A stretch of DNA of 64,000 nucleotides from an uncultured Spirochaetota bacterium (GCA_963734545.1 CAVTHO010000006.1:256001-320000); one strand, 5' to 3'. Counted from the stretch's first letter, positions 10,914 to 22,158 are shown. A program made the numbers and translations. The notes: generated from the sequence alone by a model not told the origin.

Positions 10914-11591
10914 GTGTATATTGGGCGGGTGCCAGCCGCCGGCCCGGAAAAGCTCACGTCGACGCGTGTCACGGCGAATCAGGAGATCGCGCCGGGGATC
11001 TTCATGCTCTCCTTCCCCCGTGAGTTCCACTTCGTTCCCGGGCAGTCGGTCTGGCTCACGACGGACAAGGAGGTTCCACCGCGTCTCTACAGCATCGCCA
11101 GCGGCACCGGCGAGCCGCTTGTGGAGATCCTGTACGACCTGGTGCCCGACGGCCTGCTGACACCGCGGCTGGCCGGGCTGCGCGAAGGCCACACGCTTCT
11201 CGTCTCATCCGCCTTCGGCCCCTTCAGGGACGAGGAAGGCTCCTCGTGCTGGGTCGCGGCAGGCACCGGGGTAGCGCCGTTCGCATCGATGATCCGGTCA
11301 GGGCTCGTGGCCGAGAAGACGCTGATCCATGGCAGCCGGACGATTGCCGGACTGCTGCATCGCGGGCTTTTCACCGACGCTCTCGGAGACCGGTACATGC
11401 CGTGCTGCTCGCGAGAGGCGGCCGCGGGCGTCTTCCACGGACGCCCGACCGAATGGCTGACATTGCAGCGGCTTCCCGCCGCGTCGCGCTATCTCCTGTG
11501 CGGCGGCAGCCGAATGGTCGTGGACTGCCGTGACATCATCATTGCAAAAGGGGTTCCCTTCGAGAGCGTGATAGGAGAGATATACTTCTGA
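10914..11591 (+). CDS. FNR-like FAD/NAD(P)-binding oxidoreductase
   Basis: RLYSIAS, AGTGVAPF, LLCGG, terminal EIYF. Confidence 0.85.
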   Translation: MYIGRVPAAGPEKLTSTRVTANQEIAPGIFMLSFPREFHFVPGQSVWLTTDKEVPPRLYSIASGTGEPLVEILYDLVPDGLLTPRLAGLREGHTLLVSSAFGPFRDEEGSSCWVAAGTGVAPFASMIRSGLVAEKTLIHGSRTIAGLLHRGLFTDALGDRYMPCCSREAAAGVFHGRPTEWLTLQRLPAASRYLLCGGSRMVVDCRDIIIAKGVPFESVIGEIYF

Positions 11592-12640
11592 TGTCCGCGA
11601 TGAAGGAAAACCTGTTCGGCATGACCATTGCGCAGCTCGGGAAGGTGGCGGAAGCGGCGGGGATTCCCGCATACGGCGCCCGACAGATCAGCGACTGGCT
11701 CTACCGAAAGAACGCGGGGACCTTCTCCGCGATGTCCAACCTGCCGCGCACCGCGAGGGAGAGCCTTGCCGCCCGCTACGCCATCGACCTGACGCCTCCG
11801 GTCAAGGTGACCGAATCCACCGACGGCACCCGCAAGTATCTGTTTGCCGCTGAAAAGGGCGGATTCGTGGAGGCCGCGTGGATTCCCGAGGCTCGTCGCA
11901 GCACCCTCTGCCTGTCCGTGCAGGTGGGGTGCAAGATGGGGTGCCTTTTCTGCATGACAGGGAAGCAGGGTTTTCAGGGTCAGCTCTCCTCGGCTGAGAT
12001 TCTCAACCAGTACCAGAGCCTCCCGGAGCGCGACACGGTGACGAACATCGTCTACATGGGCATGGGCGAGCCGCTGGACAACCTGCCCAACGTGCTGGAC
12101 AGCCTGGAGGTCCTCTGCGCCGACTACGGTTTCGGGCTCAGCCCGACACGAATCACCGTGTCGACGGTCGGCCTCGTTCCCGCCATGCGCACGTTCCTGG
12201 AGCGGACCCGCTGCCACCTCGCGGTGAGCCTGCACACGCCGTTCGAAGAAGAGCGGCGGCGGCTCATGCCGGTGGAAAACGTGTACCCGCTGAAGGAAGT
12301 GCTTTCCGAGCTCCGCCGGAGCGCGGTCCACGGACAGCGACGGGTCTCTTTCGAATACATCCTGTTCGACCGGCTCAATGACACGCCGCGGCACGCGCGG
12401 GAGCTTGCCCGGATCCTCAACGGGATCCGCTGCCGGGTCAACCTCATCGCCTTCCATCCGATCCCCGGCACGCCGCTGGCTCCGAGCTCCCGGGACACCA
12501 TGGTCCAGTTCGAGGCGCATCTCCGGGAGCACGGAATCATGACCACCATCCGGCATTCACGGGGTCAGGACATCTCCGCGGCCTGCGGCATGCTCTCCAC
12601 TCGGGAGCTGGTCAGGATGAAAGACGAAGCGGATCGATGA
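11591..12640 (+). CDS. rlmN: Dual-specificity RNA methyltransferase RlmN (radical SAM)
   Basis: CLSVQVGCKMGCLFC, MGMGEPL, DISAACGML. Confidence 0.93.
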   Translation: MSAMKENLFGMTIAQLGKVAEAAGIPAYGARQISDWLYRKNAGTFSAMSNLPRTARESLAARYAIDLTPPVKVTESTDGTRKYLFAAEKGGFVEAAWIPEARRSTLCLSVQVGCKMGCLFCMTGKQGFQGQLSSAEILNQYQSLPERDTVTNIVYMGMGEPLDNLPNVLDSLEVLCADYGFGLSPTRITVSTVGLVPAMRTFLERTRCHLAVSLHTPFEEERRRLMPVENVYPLKEVLSELRRSAVHGQRRVSFEYILFDRLNDTPRHARELARILNGIRCRVNLIAFHPIPGTPLAPSSRDTMVQFEAHLREHGIMTTIRHSRGQDISAACGMLSTRELVRMKDEADR

Positions 12641-12671
12641 GGACCCACCGGCGCCTGTACGTGCCCCCGGC

Positions 12672-13421
12672 TCAGAACAGGAGAGGGATCACCCGCTTAC
12701 GTGCCTTCGGGTAGTCGGGGAACTTCTCAATGTACCAGGCCCGGTTGGCATACGCCCTCGGAACGAGATTGGCCACGGTGAACAGGGCGAAACCCAGCCC
12801 GGGGATCGACCACGCGGCGAGCGCCCAGCCGACCCACTCGATGATCTCGCCGAAATAGTTCGGGTTGGACACGTATTCGAAGAGCCCGCCGCGAGGGACC
12901 TTGTAGCCTCCCTCTCCCGGCGCGCGCAGATTGCGCAGGTTGTGGTCCGCCCACACGTGGATGAGGAAACCCGCCGCGAAGAGCCCGATCCCGATACACA
13001 GCCTGACGCGCGGGAAGAGGCCGTCGGCGGGGAAGGGCGACGCATGGGCGAGGAACGTGCCGTTCGCATATCCGTTCAGGCTGTTGAAGATGGCGGCGAA
13101 AGCAATGAGCACGATGGGGAAACGCTTGCCGTTCTGCCTCATGAGGAAGGGAAAAAGGCACGCGCGGTACAGGTAGTGGATCTCCCAGAGTCCCAGGAGC
13201 AGAAGCGCGATCGGGCTGACGTTCTGCCCGCTGAAAAGCACCGTGGCCCCGATGACCAGGAGCGCAGGCAGCTCCATGAGGATCCAGCCCGCGCGCGGCG
13301 AGACTGAAGGCCCCCACCCCTGGCGGTAGTGCCTGCCATAGGGCGCCGTGAAAAAGAAGAGCGTCGCAAAAACGAACGGCGCTGATGCGAAAATAACAAG
13401 AATGGCGATAGAGTACAGCAT
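12672..13421 (-). CDS. 3-oxo-5-alpha-steroid 4-dehydrogenase family membrane reductase
   Basis: APYGRH, WILMELP, GYKVPRGGLFEYVSNPNYFGEIIEW. Confidence 0.88.
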   Translation of the reverse strand: MLYSIAILVIFASAPFVFATLFFFTAPYGRHYRQGWGPSVSPRAGWILMELPALLVIGATVLFSGQNVSPIALLLLGLWEIHYLYRACLFPFLMRQNGKRFPIVLIAFAAIFNSLNGYANGTFLAHASPFPADGLFPRVRLCIGIGLFAAGFLIHVWADHNLRNLRAPGEGGYKVPRGGLFEYVSNPNYFGEIIEWVGWALAAWSIPGLGFALFTVANLVPRAYANRAWYIEKFPDYPKARKRVIPLLF

Positions 13422-13623
13422 AGGTGTCCTATGTACTGTACCAGATTATGCATAGGGTGGCAACCGCGCCCAGTTGGTCCGGGCGGCGGGGCGACTTGGA
13501 CGGGGCAACTTCGTGGACATTGCGTTTTCGACGGAATTTGCACTTAAGGTTCAAAATTCATCGATTTCATGAGGGTTGAGGACTATGATCCGGAAAAGCC
13601 GAGCGCGCCGAGGGCGGGTCGGC

Positions 13624-16067
13624 TCAGAACAGCCCGAGCTGTCCGCCGGGGGCAAATATGCTTTCCGTGCGCAGCCCGATATAGGGAGCGAGCGATTCGA
13701 CAATCGGCCTGATCTGCTTCTGCACGTAGTGCTCATAGTCGGGGCGTGCGGTGAGCCTGCTCTCCGGCTGGGGACCCTCGGTTGTCCACACGTACCGGAT
13801 GATGCCCGGACCGCTCTTCAGGGGGGAGAAGCGCCGCCGCGCGCGCGTGCGGCGGGGATGATTTGGTATACGCCTCCACCGGCTTTCGCAGAGACTTGCG
13901 GTAGGCGAGCTTCCCGTCCAACTTGCCCGCGCGCAGGTCCCGCAGAAGGGCGCGCAGCCGCTCTTCGATCTCCTCCGCACCTGCATCATGAAACACGCGG
14001 TCGAGAAGCTCGCGCTGCAACTCCTGCGCGAGCGTGGTCCAGTCATGCCGCACCGCCTCGAGGCCGACAATCTCCAGCACCTGCGTTTCAGCCCCCCCTG
14101 CGCCGGCGGCGACCCGCAGGCCCGCATACCCCTTTGCCCTGCCCCTGCCTTCGAAATCCTCCTCCGTATCGTCGCCGGCCGGGCCGGCGTTCCTCATGGG
14201 CGGCAGGAAGAACTGCCGGTAGATGGCCTCGAACTCCAGCTCCAGGCGCGAGGAGACGGCATAGGTGGATTGCAGGTAGTCCGCGAGTCGGGCGTTTATA
14301 GAGAGAGCCAGCTCCGCGCCGACACGGGTCATTTCCTCCACCGGCGCATCCTTGTCCGCGCCGCTCAGCACGAACAGCGAGTCCGTGTCACCGTAGATGA
14401 CCTCGAAGCCCCTGGCCGCCACCTGGTCCCGGGCCCAGTAGAGGATATGCTGGCCCATGGTCGTGATGGCTCCTGCCAGCGCGGAGGCGGCAAACCTGCA
14501 TCCCGGAGTGCCGAGGACCCCATAGAACGAGTTCATCACGATCTTGTAGGCGTAGACGGCGCGCCGATCTCCCCGCTGCCGCGCCGCCTCGCGGCTCTCG
14601 AAAAACCTGTCCAGGATGCCGGGGAGGATGCCCGGCTCCCGCCGGAAGGATGCGCCGTTGGGCGCGGTGATGAGCTCCGCGGGGTCGGTCTTCCCCGCCG
14701 CCGCGCGCACCCGTGTCAGAGGATCGATATTGAACGTGCGCATGATCGAGGGGTAGAGGCTCTTGAAATCGAACGCAAGGACGTTGCGGCAGAGCCCGGC
14801 CCGGGGCGTGATGATGCCGCCGCCGGGCGCGCGGTCGAGAGTGTCCTGATCGACGCCGAGCGTGGGAGCGACTATTCCCCGCTCGTGCAGGTGCTCCGTG
14901 TAAAGGAACTCGAACGAGGCCACGCTCATCGAGGTCTGTTCCAGGGAGGTCCCGATGAGAAGCGACTTGTGGAGGGCGAGCTCGAGCAGACCTTCCTTCT
15001 GCAGTATCTCGAACGCGAGCCGCGTGTCCTCCAGGCAGTACGCGCAGAGGTTGTCCGGCTCCTGCCGGTACAGCCGCTCCACCGCGGCCGTGCGCGTCTC
15101 TCCGGGAAGCTCGTCGATCCTCTTGCCGCGGCCCAGGACGCTCTGCGCGACGGTCTCCAGGCGATAGTCCTCCAGCCCCATCCCCGCCATGCGCACGAGC
15201 CACAGCCCGTCGAGCACCTGCCGGCCCGGGCACGATCGCCTTGCTGCGGTTCCAGCGCGTGATCCCGTCGGTGTCCACACGGTCGAGAAAGCTCGCGGCC
15301 GAATCCGAGCGGCCGATGTCGAAAGGTACCCCGCACGCGGCAAATCGCCGGGCAAGCACGCGGAAGTCGAAATCGACCACGTTCCAGCCGGTGATGATGT
15401 CCGGGTCCATCTCGACGATCCGGGCGCGGAGCGCGCCCAGCATGGCCTCTTCCGTGGGGAAGCATCGGGCGGACGCGGCGCCGGGCCCGTTCAACAGGAC
15501 CTCGCCGCTCGTCGTGCCGCTCGCGGGATCGAAAAAGGCGAGACCCACCGCGTAGACCACCGCCGCGCGCGCGTCCGTCTCTATGTCGAGGGAGAGCACG
15601 GAAAGACGCGGCTCTGTCCGTATGGGCTCGACTTTCGGGTTCTCGTAGATCCGGCCGACCCGTCTCCCTTTCCGCCACTCGCCCTCGACCGCGACGCTGC
15701 CGTGCACGTGGCGGTCCATCAGGAACTGGGTGGACAGCTTCACATCCGCCTCGTACGTCCTGACCCCGGCCTGATGAAGCGCATCCCGCAGCCTCTGGCT
15801 CGCCGCGGTCGTGGGAGTCTCCACGCGGCGCACCGCGGCCCCGTCCATGGTCGTGTGATCCGAAGGAATGAAGGTGGCCGTGCCCGGGCTCCCCGCGGCA
15901 ACCGACTGGGCAAGGGAAAAGTCTCCGTCCCGCACGTAGAAGAAGGGCGTCATCCTCCTCTCCATTATCGCGAAGGTCTCCCCGCACTCCAGCCGGCCCA
16001 CGAGGTGGATCTCGGTGCGCCCGGCGCGCGTGCGCTCTGTCGATTGGAGAATGAAGCCTTTATCCAC
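13624..16067 (-). CDS. polB: DNA polymerase II (family B), two frameshifts
   Basis: Exonuclease LDIET and GWNVVDFD; polymerase FDFKSLYPSI, KIVMNSFYG, YGDTDS; C-terminal DYEHYVQKQI. Confidence 0.92.
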
Positions 16068-16079
16068 GATTCGACTCTA

Positions 16080-16592
16080 TCATGGAGGAGACAGGCAGCC
16101 GAGTATCAGGGCAAGGCACCGGGCCGGGTCCTGGTCCGTATCGACGGTCAGGAAGGGATGGGCGATGGGCTCGAAGCGCACACGCGTCTCGTGGTACAGC
16201 CTCTCCCCCCGATCTCCCGCCGGGTGCGCCCCGCGGTCCCGCGCAATGCGGTCCAGCGCCGTCTTCTCGGCGCAGACGCACTCGATGATGCGGATCTCCG
16301 CGCCGCCGGATTCCGCGGCACGCACGAACTGCTCCACGCGGCGGGCGGAGGAGAGCGCCATGCCGTCGATCACCACGTCACGCTGCCGCCGCAGGAGCAG
16401 CTCCGCCATGGACACGATCAGGTCGTCGACGAGGTTCTTTTCGTCCGCCTCGAACGTGGGCTGAGGGAATATGCTTGCGCGGAGAATGTCGCGGCTCAGG
16501 ACGAGGAGCCCCGGTCTTTCCCTGACGAGGGCGGAGACCAGATGCGATTTACCCGTGCCCGGCAGGCCCCTGAAAACAACGAGCATCGACAT
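16080..16592 (-). CDS. AAA_33-type P-loop kinase
   Basis: GLPGTGKS Walker A, SRDILR, VVIDG. Confidence 0.8.
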   Translation of the reverse strand: MSMLVVFRGLPGTGKSHLVSALVRERPGLLVLSRDILRASIFPQPTFEADEKNLVDDLIVSMAELLLRRQRDVVIDGMALSSARRVEQFVRAAESGGAEIRIIECVCAEKTALDRIARDRGAHPAGDRGERLYHETRVRFEPIAHPFLTVDTDQDPARCLALILGCLSPP

Positions 16593-16593
16593 G

Positions 16594-17958
16594 TCATTTC
16601 GCGGCGGGGCTCGGCTTCTCCAGGTCCATGACCAGACCGCCGCCCTTGAAGAGAGACACGCTGCCGGTGGACTGGGACACCACTACCGCGATGCTCGCCG
16701 TGATCTGGGAAAGCGCCGCGGCCGCCGCGTGCCGGGAGCCGAGACCCGACGCGAGGTTCACCGCCGCCTTCTCGGGCCGCAGGAATGTACCGGCGGACAT
16801 GATCACCCCGTCCCCGCGTATGATGAAGGCGCCGTCGATCGTGGAGAACTCCTTGACCGTCTCTTCCAGGCTCGGGTCAAGGATGCTCTTCTCCTCCTCC
16901 CGGTAGCCTCGGAAGGGATTGATGACCATCTGCCGGCAGTACTGCACGACCCGGTCGTAGTCTCCGACCACGAAAGTGGTCCCCACCGGCCGGCCCTCGC
17001 GGCCCTCCCGGGCGATATCCGTCGCGAGCTGCAGGATCTTCTCCAGCACCTGGGGCTCGATGTCGCCGAGCGGGGTTGCGCCGGCCTTCGAGAAGACGGT
17101 GGGGAACTCCCGGCCCACGTCAATGACCAGCAGGGTGTCCAGGAAGCCCGAGGAGGGAACACCGGACAGGCTGACCACCATGTCCCCGCGCGCGAGCAGG
17201 CCACGGGAGACCGCGAAGAGCAGGCCGAGCTCCACCTGGTCCGACCTGTTCAGCGTGGGAAAGGGCACCTGCACGACGTGGGAGACCGGGGCGTGATCCG
17301 TGACAATGTCCGCTTTCGCGGAGGTGATGAGGATGAGCTGGATCTGCGAGGGTATGTCTTCAATGAAGCGGAGACTGCCCACCGCGTCGCCGTGCAGCAC
17401 CACGGCGCTGGCCTTGACCTCCTCTGCCACCGAGAGCGCGTGCGCGAACAGCATGCGGGAAAGCCTCACCTTCGCGGACGTGGCGGGCTTGCCCTCCTGG
17501 TCCCCGTAGCCGCGCGTGATCAGCAGCCGCCAGGTCTCCGCCGCCGTGCGCGCGGTCAGGATGAGCGGCACGAGGGCGCGATCGCGCAGCGTGCGCGCGA
17601 TTTCCGCGAGGAGAAGCACGTGCTGGTCAGGGTCGTCGACGCCGCTCACGATGAGGAAGACGAGGTTGACGGGGTTTCCGTCGCTGGAATCCCAGCCCAC
17701 GCCCCTGCGGCTCCTGCCCACCGCCACTTCGATTCCCTCCCATTCGGGGAGGCGCGCGTGCGGGATGGCGATACCGGGGCCGATCCAGGAGCTGACGATT
17801 CTTTCCCTGTCCTGGATCGCCTTGATGACGATCTCGGCATCCACCTGCCTGTCCGCCAGCGGAAGCGTTCCCGTCAGCTCACGGATTGCCGCCTCCTTGG
17901 AGCGGGCTCTCAAGGTCACGATGCGGGTCGGCGAAAGGTAGCGGGCAAGCAGGGCCAT
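16594..17958 (-). CDS. PTS EIIA domain fused to a DacZ/CdaZ-type diadenylate cyclase
   Basis: N-terminal GIAIPHARL (EIIA His); C-terminal EGREGRPVG, IDGAF, GLGSRHAAA (DisA_N motifs). Confidence 0.85.
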   Translation of the reverse strand: MALLARYLSPTRIVTLRARSKEAAIRELTGTLPLADRQVDAEIVIKAIQDRERIVSSWIGPGIAIPHARLPEWEGIEVAVGRSRRGVGWDSSDGNPVNLVFLIVSGVDDPDQHVLLLAEIARTLRDRALVPLILTARTAAETWRLLITRGYGDQEGKPATSAKVRLSRMLFAHALSVAEEVKASAVVLHGDAVGSLRFIEDIPSQIQLILITSAKADIVTDHAPVSHVVQVPFPTLNRSDQVELGLLFAVSRGLLARGDMVVSLSGVPSSGFLDTLLVIDVGREFPTVFSKAGATPLGDIEPQVLEKILQLATDIAREGREGRPVGTTFVVGDYDRVVQYCRQMVINPFRGYREEEKSILDPSLEETVKEFSTIDGAFIIRGDGVIMSAGTFLRPEKAAVNLASGLGSRHAAAAALSQITASIAVVVSQSTGSVSLFKGGGLVMDLEKPSPAAK

Positions 17959-18074
17959 GGCATACTCTTGGTGAGAGTATAATCGTAATGAACCGCTATT
18001 GCCACGTTCTGTGCGGATGCCGCGTTGAAAGGATACCCCCGGCCGGGGTATTATAGAGTAAGGAGTATCGATAC

Positions 18075-18398
18075 ATGCCCGCTGCGCGCGACCCGGCCGG
18101 GATCTTCCAGGAGGATGCCGGCGTACAGCAGAAGACCCGTCTTCAGGAGCCGAAGCTCTACCGGGTCATCCTGCACAACGACCACTACACCACGATGGAT
18201 TTTGTCGTGAAGGTCATCGTCACCGTTTTCCACAAGCCCGCCGCCGAGGCCACGAAGATCATGCTGGACGTGCACAAGAAGGGCAGGGGGATCGTGGGCG
18301 TGTTCAGCTACGATATCGCGGCGACAAAGGTCTCCCAGGTGCACGAGATGGCGCGGCAGAGCGAGTTCCCGCTCCGGGCGAGCTGTGAAGAGGCCTGA
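18075..18398 (+). CDS. clpS: ATP-dependent Clp protease adaptor ClpS
   Basis: [29 protein letters not shown]. Confidence 0.95.
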   Translation: MPAARDPAGIFQEDAGVQQKTRLQEPKLYRVILHNDHYTTMDFVVKVIVTVFHKPAAEATKIMLDVHKKGRGIVGVFSYDIAATKVSQVHEMARQSEFPLRASCEEA

Positions 18399-20687
18399 AT
18401 GGACATTTCCGCCGAATTGAACGAGATCATCGTGGCGGCCTACCGGGAGGCGGAGTCCCGCGGCCACGAGTACCTCACACCCGAGCACGTTCTGTACGCG
18501 TCCCTGTTCTTCGACCGGGGAAGGGAGATCATCCTTGCCTGCGGGGGAAACGTGGAGAGCACTCGCCAAGGATCTCGAGGGCTTCTTTCTCACCCGCATT
18601 CCGGTGGCGGAGAACTCGAAGCCCATCCAGTCCGCGGGCTTCCAGTCCGTCATGGAGAACGCCATCCTCCACACCGTTTCCTCGGAAAAGGGATCCGTCG
18701 AGATCGACGACATACTTGCCTCCATCCTGGAGGAGAAGGAATCCTTCGCGGCTCATTTTCTCACCCAGCAGGGCATCGACCGGCTGGCGCTTCTCTCCTA
18801 CATCTCGCACGGCGTCACCGCTCTACCCGGAATCGGGGGAGGAGCAGCGCGAGGCGGAGGACGCGGACGGGGAGGTCGGGGAAGAGGTCGCAGAGCCGCG
18901 GGAAAGGCCGAAGGCAGGCCGCGCGCTGCAGGCGTACGCCGTGGACCTGACCGAGAAGGCGCGCGCGGGAGGGATCGATCCGCTGATCGGCCGGGACGAT
19001 ATCCTCCAGCGCACGATCCAGGTGCTGTGCCGAAGGCTGAAGAACAATCCCCTCCACGTGGGTGAGGCCGGGCGTGGGGAAGACCGCGATCACGGAAGGG
19101 CTTGCCCAGATGATCGTGGCGGCCAAGGTGCCGAAGGCGCTCCGCGACTACCGCATCTACGCGCTGGACATGGGCTCGCTGCTGGCCGGCACGAAGTTCC
19201 GCGGGGACTTCGAGGAGCGGATGAAGAAGGTGATCAAGGAGCTGGAGAAGCAGGAAAAGGCCATCCTCTTCATCGACGAGATCCACACCGTGGTCGGCGC
19301 CGGCTCCGTGTCCGGCGGATCCATGGACGCGTCCAACATCCTCAAGCCGGTTCTCACCTCGGGGAAGGTGCGCTGCATCGGCTCCACCACCTACGAGGAC
19401 TACCGCAAGTTCTTCGACAAGGACCGGGCGCTCTCGCGACGGTTCCAGAAGATCGAGGTACCCGAGCCCACGACGGACGAGAGCCGTACAGGATCCTCCT
19501 GGGCCTGCGGGAGAAATACGAGAGCTACCACGAGGTGCGATTCACCGAGGAAGCGCTGAAGGCGGCCGCGGAGCTTTCCGCGAAGTTCATCAACGACCGC
19601 CACCTTCCCGACAAGGCCATCGACGTGCTGGACGAGGCCGGCGCGTGGGTGCGGGTCTATGGCCCGGAGGCCACGTCCGACGAGGACGGCGGCGCACGGG
19701 AGGTCTCCGCAAAAGTCGTGGAGCAGGTGGTGGCGCGGATCGCCAAGATCCCCGAGGCCAGCGTCTCCTCCGACGAGCGGGAGAAGCTGAAGAACCTCGA
19801 GTTCGAGCTGAAGCGCAGGGTCTTCGGCCAGGACCACGCGGTGGAGCTCGTGGTGCGCGCCATCCGCAAGTCGCGGGCCGGCTTCGGCGAGCGGGACAAG
19901 CCGGTGGCGTCCCTGCTGTTCGCCGGGCCCACCGGTGTGGGCAAGACCGAGCTGGCCCGGCAGCTTGCCGAGCTCCTGGGTGTCGGCCTCCTGCGGTTCG
20001 ACATGAGCGAGTACCAGGAGAGGCACACCGTGTCGCGTCTGATCGGCGCGCCTCCCGGATACGTCGGCTACGACGACGGCGGCCTGCTCACCGACGCGGT
20101 GCGCAAGACCCCGCACGCGGTCCTGCTCCTGGACGAGATCGAGAAGGCCCACCAGGACATCTACAACATGCTCCTGCAGATCATGGACTACGCCACTCTC
20201 ACGGACAACAATGGAAAGAAGGCCGACTTCCGCAACGTCGATTCTCATCATGACCTCCAACGCCGGCGCGCGTGAGCTGGGCAAGCCGCTCGTGGGATTC
20301 GGCGACAGGTCCGTCCGCGACGACGCGGTGTTCGACGCGGTGGAGCGGATCTTCTCCCCCGAGTTCAGCAACCGGCTGGACGCGGTGGTCAAGTTCAACG
20401 GCCTGGACCACGCGGTGGTGCTCCAGGTGGTGGGGAAGGCCGTTCGCGAGTTCCAGGACGAGCTCGCGGCGAAGAACGTCTCCCTGGAGGTCACCCCCGC
20501 CTGCATGGAGTGGCTTGCCCGCAAGGGGTACTCGACGGAGTTCGGCGCGCGCGAGATCGCGCGCCTGGTGTCCACGAAGCTGAAGGACTTTTTCGTGGAC
20601 GAAATCCTCTTCGGACGGCTCACCGGCGGAGGCCGGGCAAAGGCCGACGTCGACGGCGACGAGGTAGCCTTGAGCGTTCTCACGTAG
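18399..20687 (+). CDS. clpA: Clp protease ATP-binding subunit ClpA (several frameshifts)
   Basis: [43 protein letters not shown]; directly follows clpS. Confidence 0.93.
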
Positions 20688-20703
20688 CGAGGGAGGCCGA
20701 CGG

Positions 20704-21411
20704 ATGGACACGATTGCGAGCTTCCTCGGACAAACCTCCGTTGACCTGCCGGTCACTCTCTTCCGGCTCTTCATGAGCTTCATCCTCGGAGGGCTCATTG
20801 GCCTGGAAAGAGAATGGCATCGGCAATCTGCCGGGCTTCGCACCCACATCCTCATCTGCCTCGGCGCGACACTGCTGACACTGCTCTCGATCTACATCCC
20901 GCAGACGCACAGGAATTTTCAGGGTGGAGACCCGGGCAGGATCGCGGCGCAGGTGATTACGGGCATCGGCTTCCTGGGCGGCGGGGCAATCTTCCGGCTC
21001 GGGGCGAACGTGCGCGGGCTCACCACGGCGGCCTCCATCTGGATCGTGGCCGGCATCGGAATGACGGTGGGCGCCGGAATGTACGCGGCGGCCCTCGTGG
21101 GCACGGGGCTGGTGCTCTTCGCGCTGTTCTTCATGGTCCGTTTCGAGAGGAAGATGTTTCCCGCCCGATCTCTCCGCAAGCTGGAGATCGTCATGCGGGG
21201 AGAGAAAGTGAAAACGGATGGGATTTTCCCGCTCCTGAAAGAGCACAGTATCGACATCAAGTCAGTGGGTATCTCGCAGTCTTACCAGGCAAAAACGATT
21301 CACGTGAAGCTGACCGTGCAGGTGCCTGAGGGCATTGAATGGAACCGGTTCTATCGCGAGGCGGGGGAAATGGAAGGTATTTCCAAAATCACCCTGGACG
21401 AGAAGATCTAA
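20704..21411 (+). CDS. MgtC/SapB family membrane protein
   Basis: GLERE..AGLRTH, DPGRIAAQVITGIGFLGGG, GLTTAASIW. Confidence 0.92.
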   Translation: MDTIASFLGQTSVDLPVTLFRLFMSFILGGLIGLEREWHRQSAGLRTHILICLGATLLTLLSIYIPQTHRNFQGGDPGRIAAQVITGIGFLGGGAIFRLGANVRGLTTAASIWIVAGIGMTVGAGMYAAALVGTGLVLFALFFMVRFERKMFPARSLRKLEIVMRGEKVKTDGIFPLLKEHSIDIKSVGISQSYQAKTIHVKLTVQVPEGIEWNRFYREAGEMEGISKITLDEKI

Positions 21412-21510
21412 ATCCGCGGACTACCGCGGCGCCATGAATCCGCGGATTACCGCGGCGCCATAAATCCGCGGACTACCGCGGCGCCATGAATCCGCGGATT
21501 ACCGCGGCGC
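21411..21510. repeat. Tandem array of four 26-bp palindromic units AATCCGCGGA(C/T)TACCGCGGCGCCAT(G/A); last unit truncated
   Basis: Units start at 21411, 21437, 21463 and 21489; variants alternate to give a 52-bp higher-order repeat. Confidence 0.95.
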
Positions 21511-22149
21511 GAATTGCGTTTTTGTGTCCACCGCTTCCCGCAGCCGCTGAAGGTATTCGCTGCGCGATATTTCCACCGCGCCCATCGAGCGCAGGTGTTC
21601 CGTCATCATCTGCACATCGAAGAGGGTGTACCCGCACTGCCGCAGCTTTTCCTCCATGGCGAACAGGGCGATCTTCGATGCATTCTCCTCTTCTGAGAAC
21701 ATCGACTCCCCGGCAAAAAAACCTCCGATGGAGACGCCATACAGACCTCCCACCAGGCGCTCCTCTCTCCAGACTTCCACCGAGTGGGCGTGTCCCAGCT
21801 CGTGCAGCCGGGTATAGGCAGTGATGAACTGACGGCTGATCCAGGTCTCCTTGCGCTTGGGGCGCGGCGCGGCGCAGCCTTCCATGACCCGGCGGAAGGC
21901 CTGATCGAAGCTGATGACAAAAGGGGACGAGCGGATGAGCTTGCGCAGGCTGCGGGAAATGTGCAGGCCTCCCATCGGGATGATGGCCCGGGGATCGGGA
22001 GACCACCAGGTAATGGGATGCGTGGTCCAGGGGAATATGCCGTTGCCGTACGCGAGAAGGAGGGTGCCGGGCTTCAGATCGCCCCCCACGGCCAGGAAGC
22101 CGTCCTCATCGCTGCTGCTCGCATGAGGGAACCTGAAGCGCGTGGTCAG
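21499..22149 (-). CDS. aat: Leucyl/phenylalanyl-tRNA-protein transferase (start uncertain)
   Basis: FLAVGGDL, AY..GIFPW, WWSPDPR, AHSVEVW, GESMF, NASKIA. Confidence 0.92.
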   Translation of the reverse strand: MTTRFRFPHASSSDEDGFLAVGGDLKPGTLLLAYGNGIFPWTTHPITWWSPDPRAIIPMGGLHISRSLRKLIRSSPFVISFDQAFRRVMEGCAAPRPKRKETWISRQFITAYTRLHELGHAHSVEVWREERLVGGLYGVSIGGFFAGESMFSEEENASKIALFAMEEKLRQCGYTLFDVQMMTEHLRSMGAVEISRSEYLQRLREAVDTKTQFAPR

Positions 22150-22158
22150 CTCGTCGGC

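Noticed and set aside
18033-18051. ATACCCC-N5-GGGGTAT palindrome in the clpS promoter resembling the 45299-45328 hairpin
   Set aside because: The similarity is short and the contexts differ; it does not match CIRCE or the CtsR box, so a shared regulon is unsupported.
21411-21510. CRISPR array
   Set aside because: The units are directly adjacent with no unique spacers, and no cas genes are in the window.
18075-22149. clpS-clpA-aat as a novel system
   Set aside because: This is the well-known N-degron pathway clustering.
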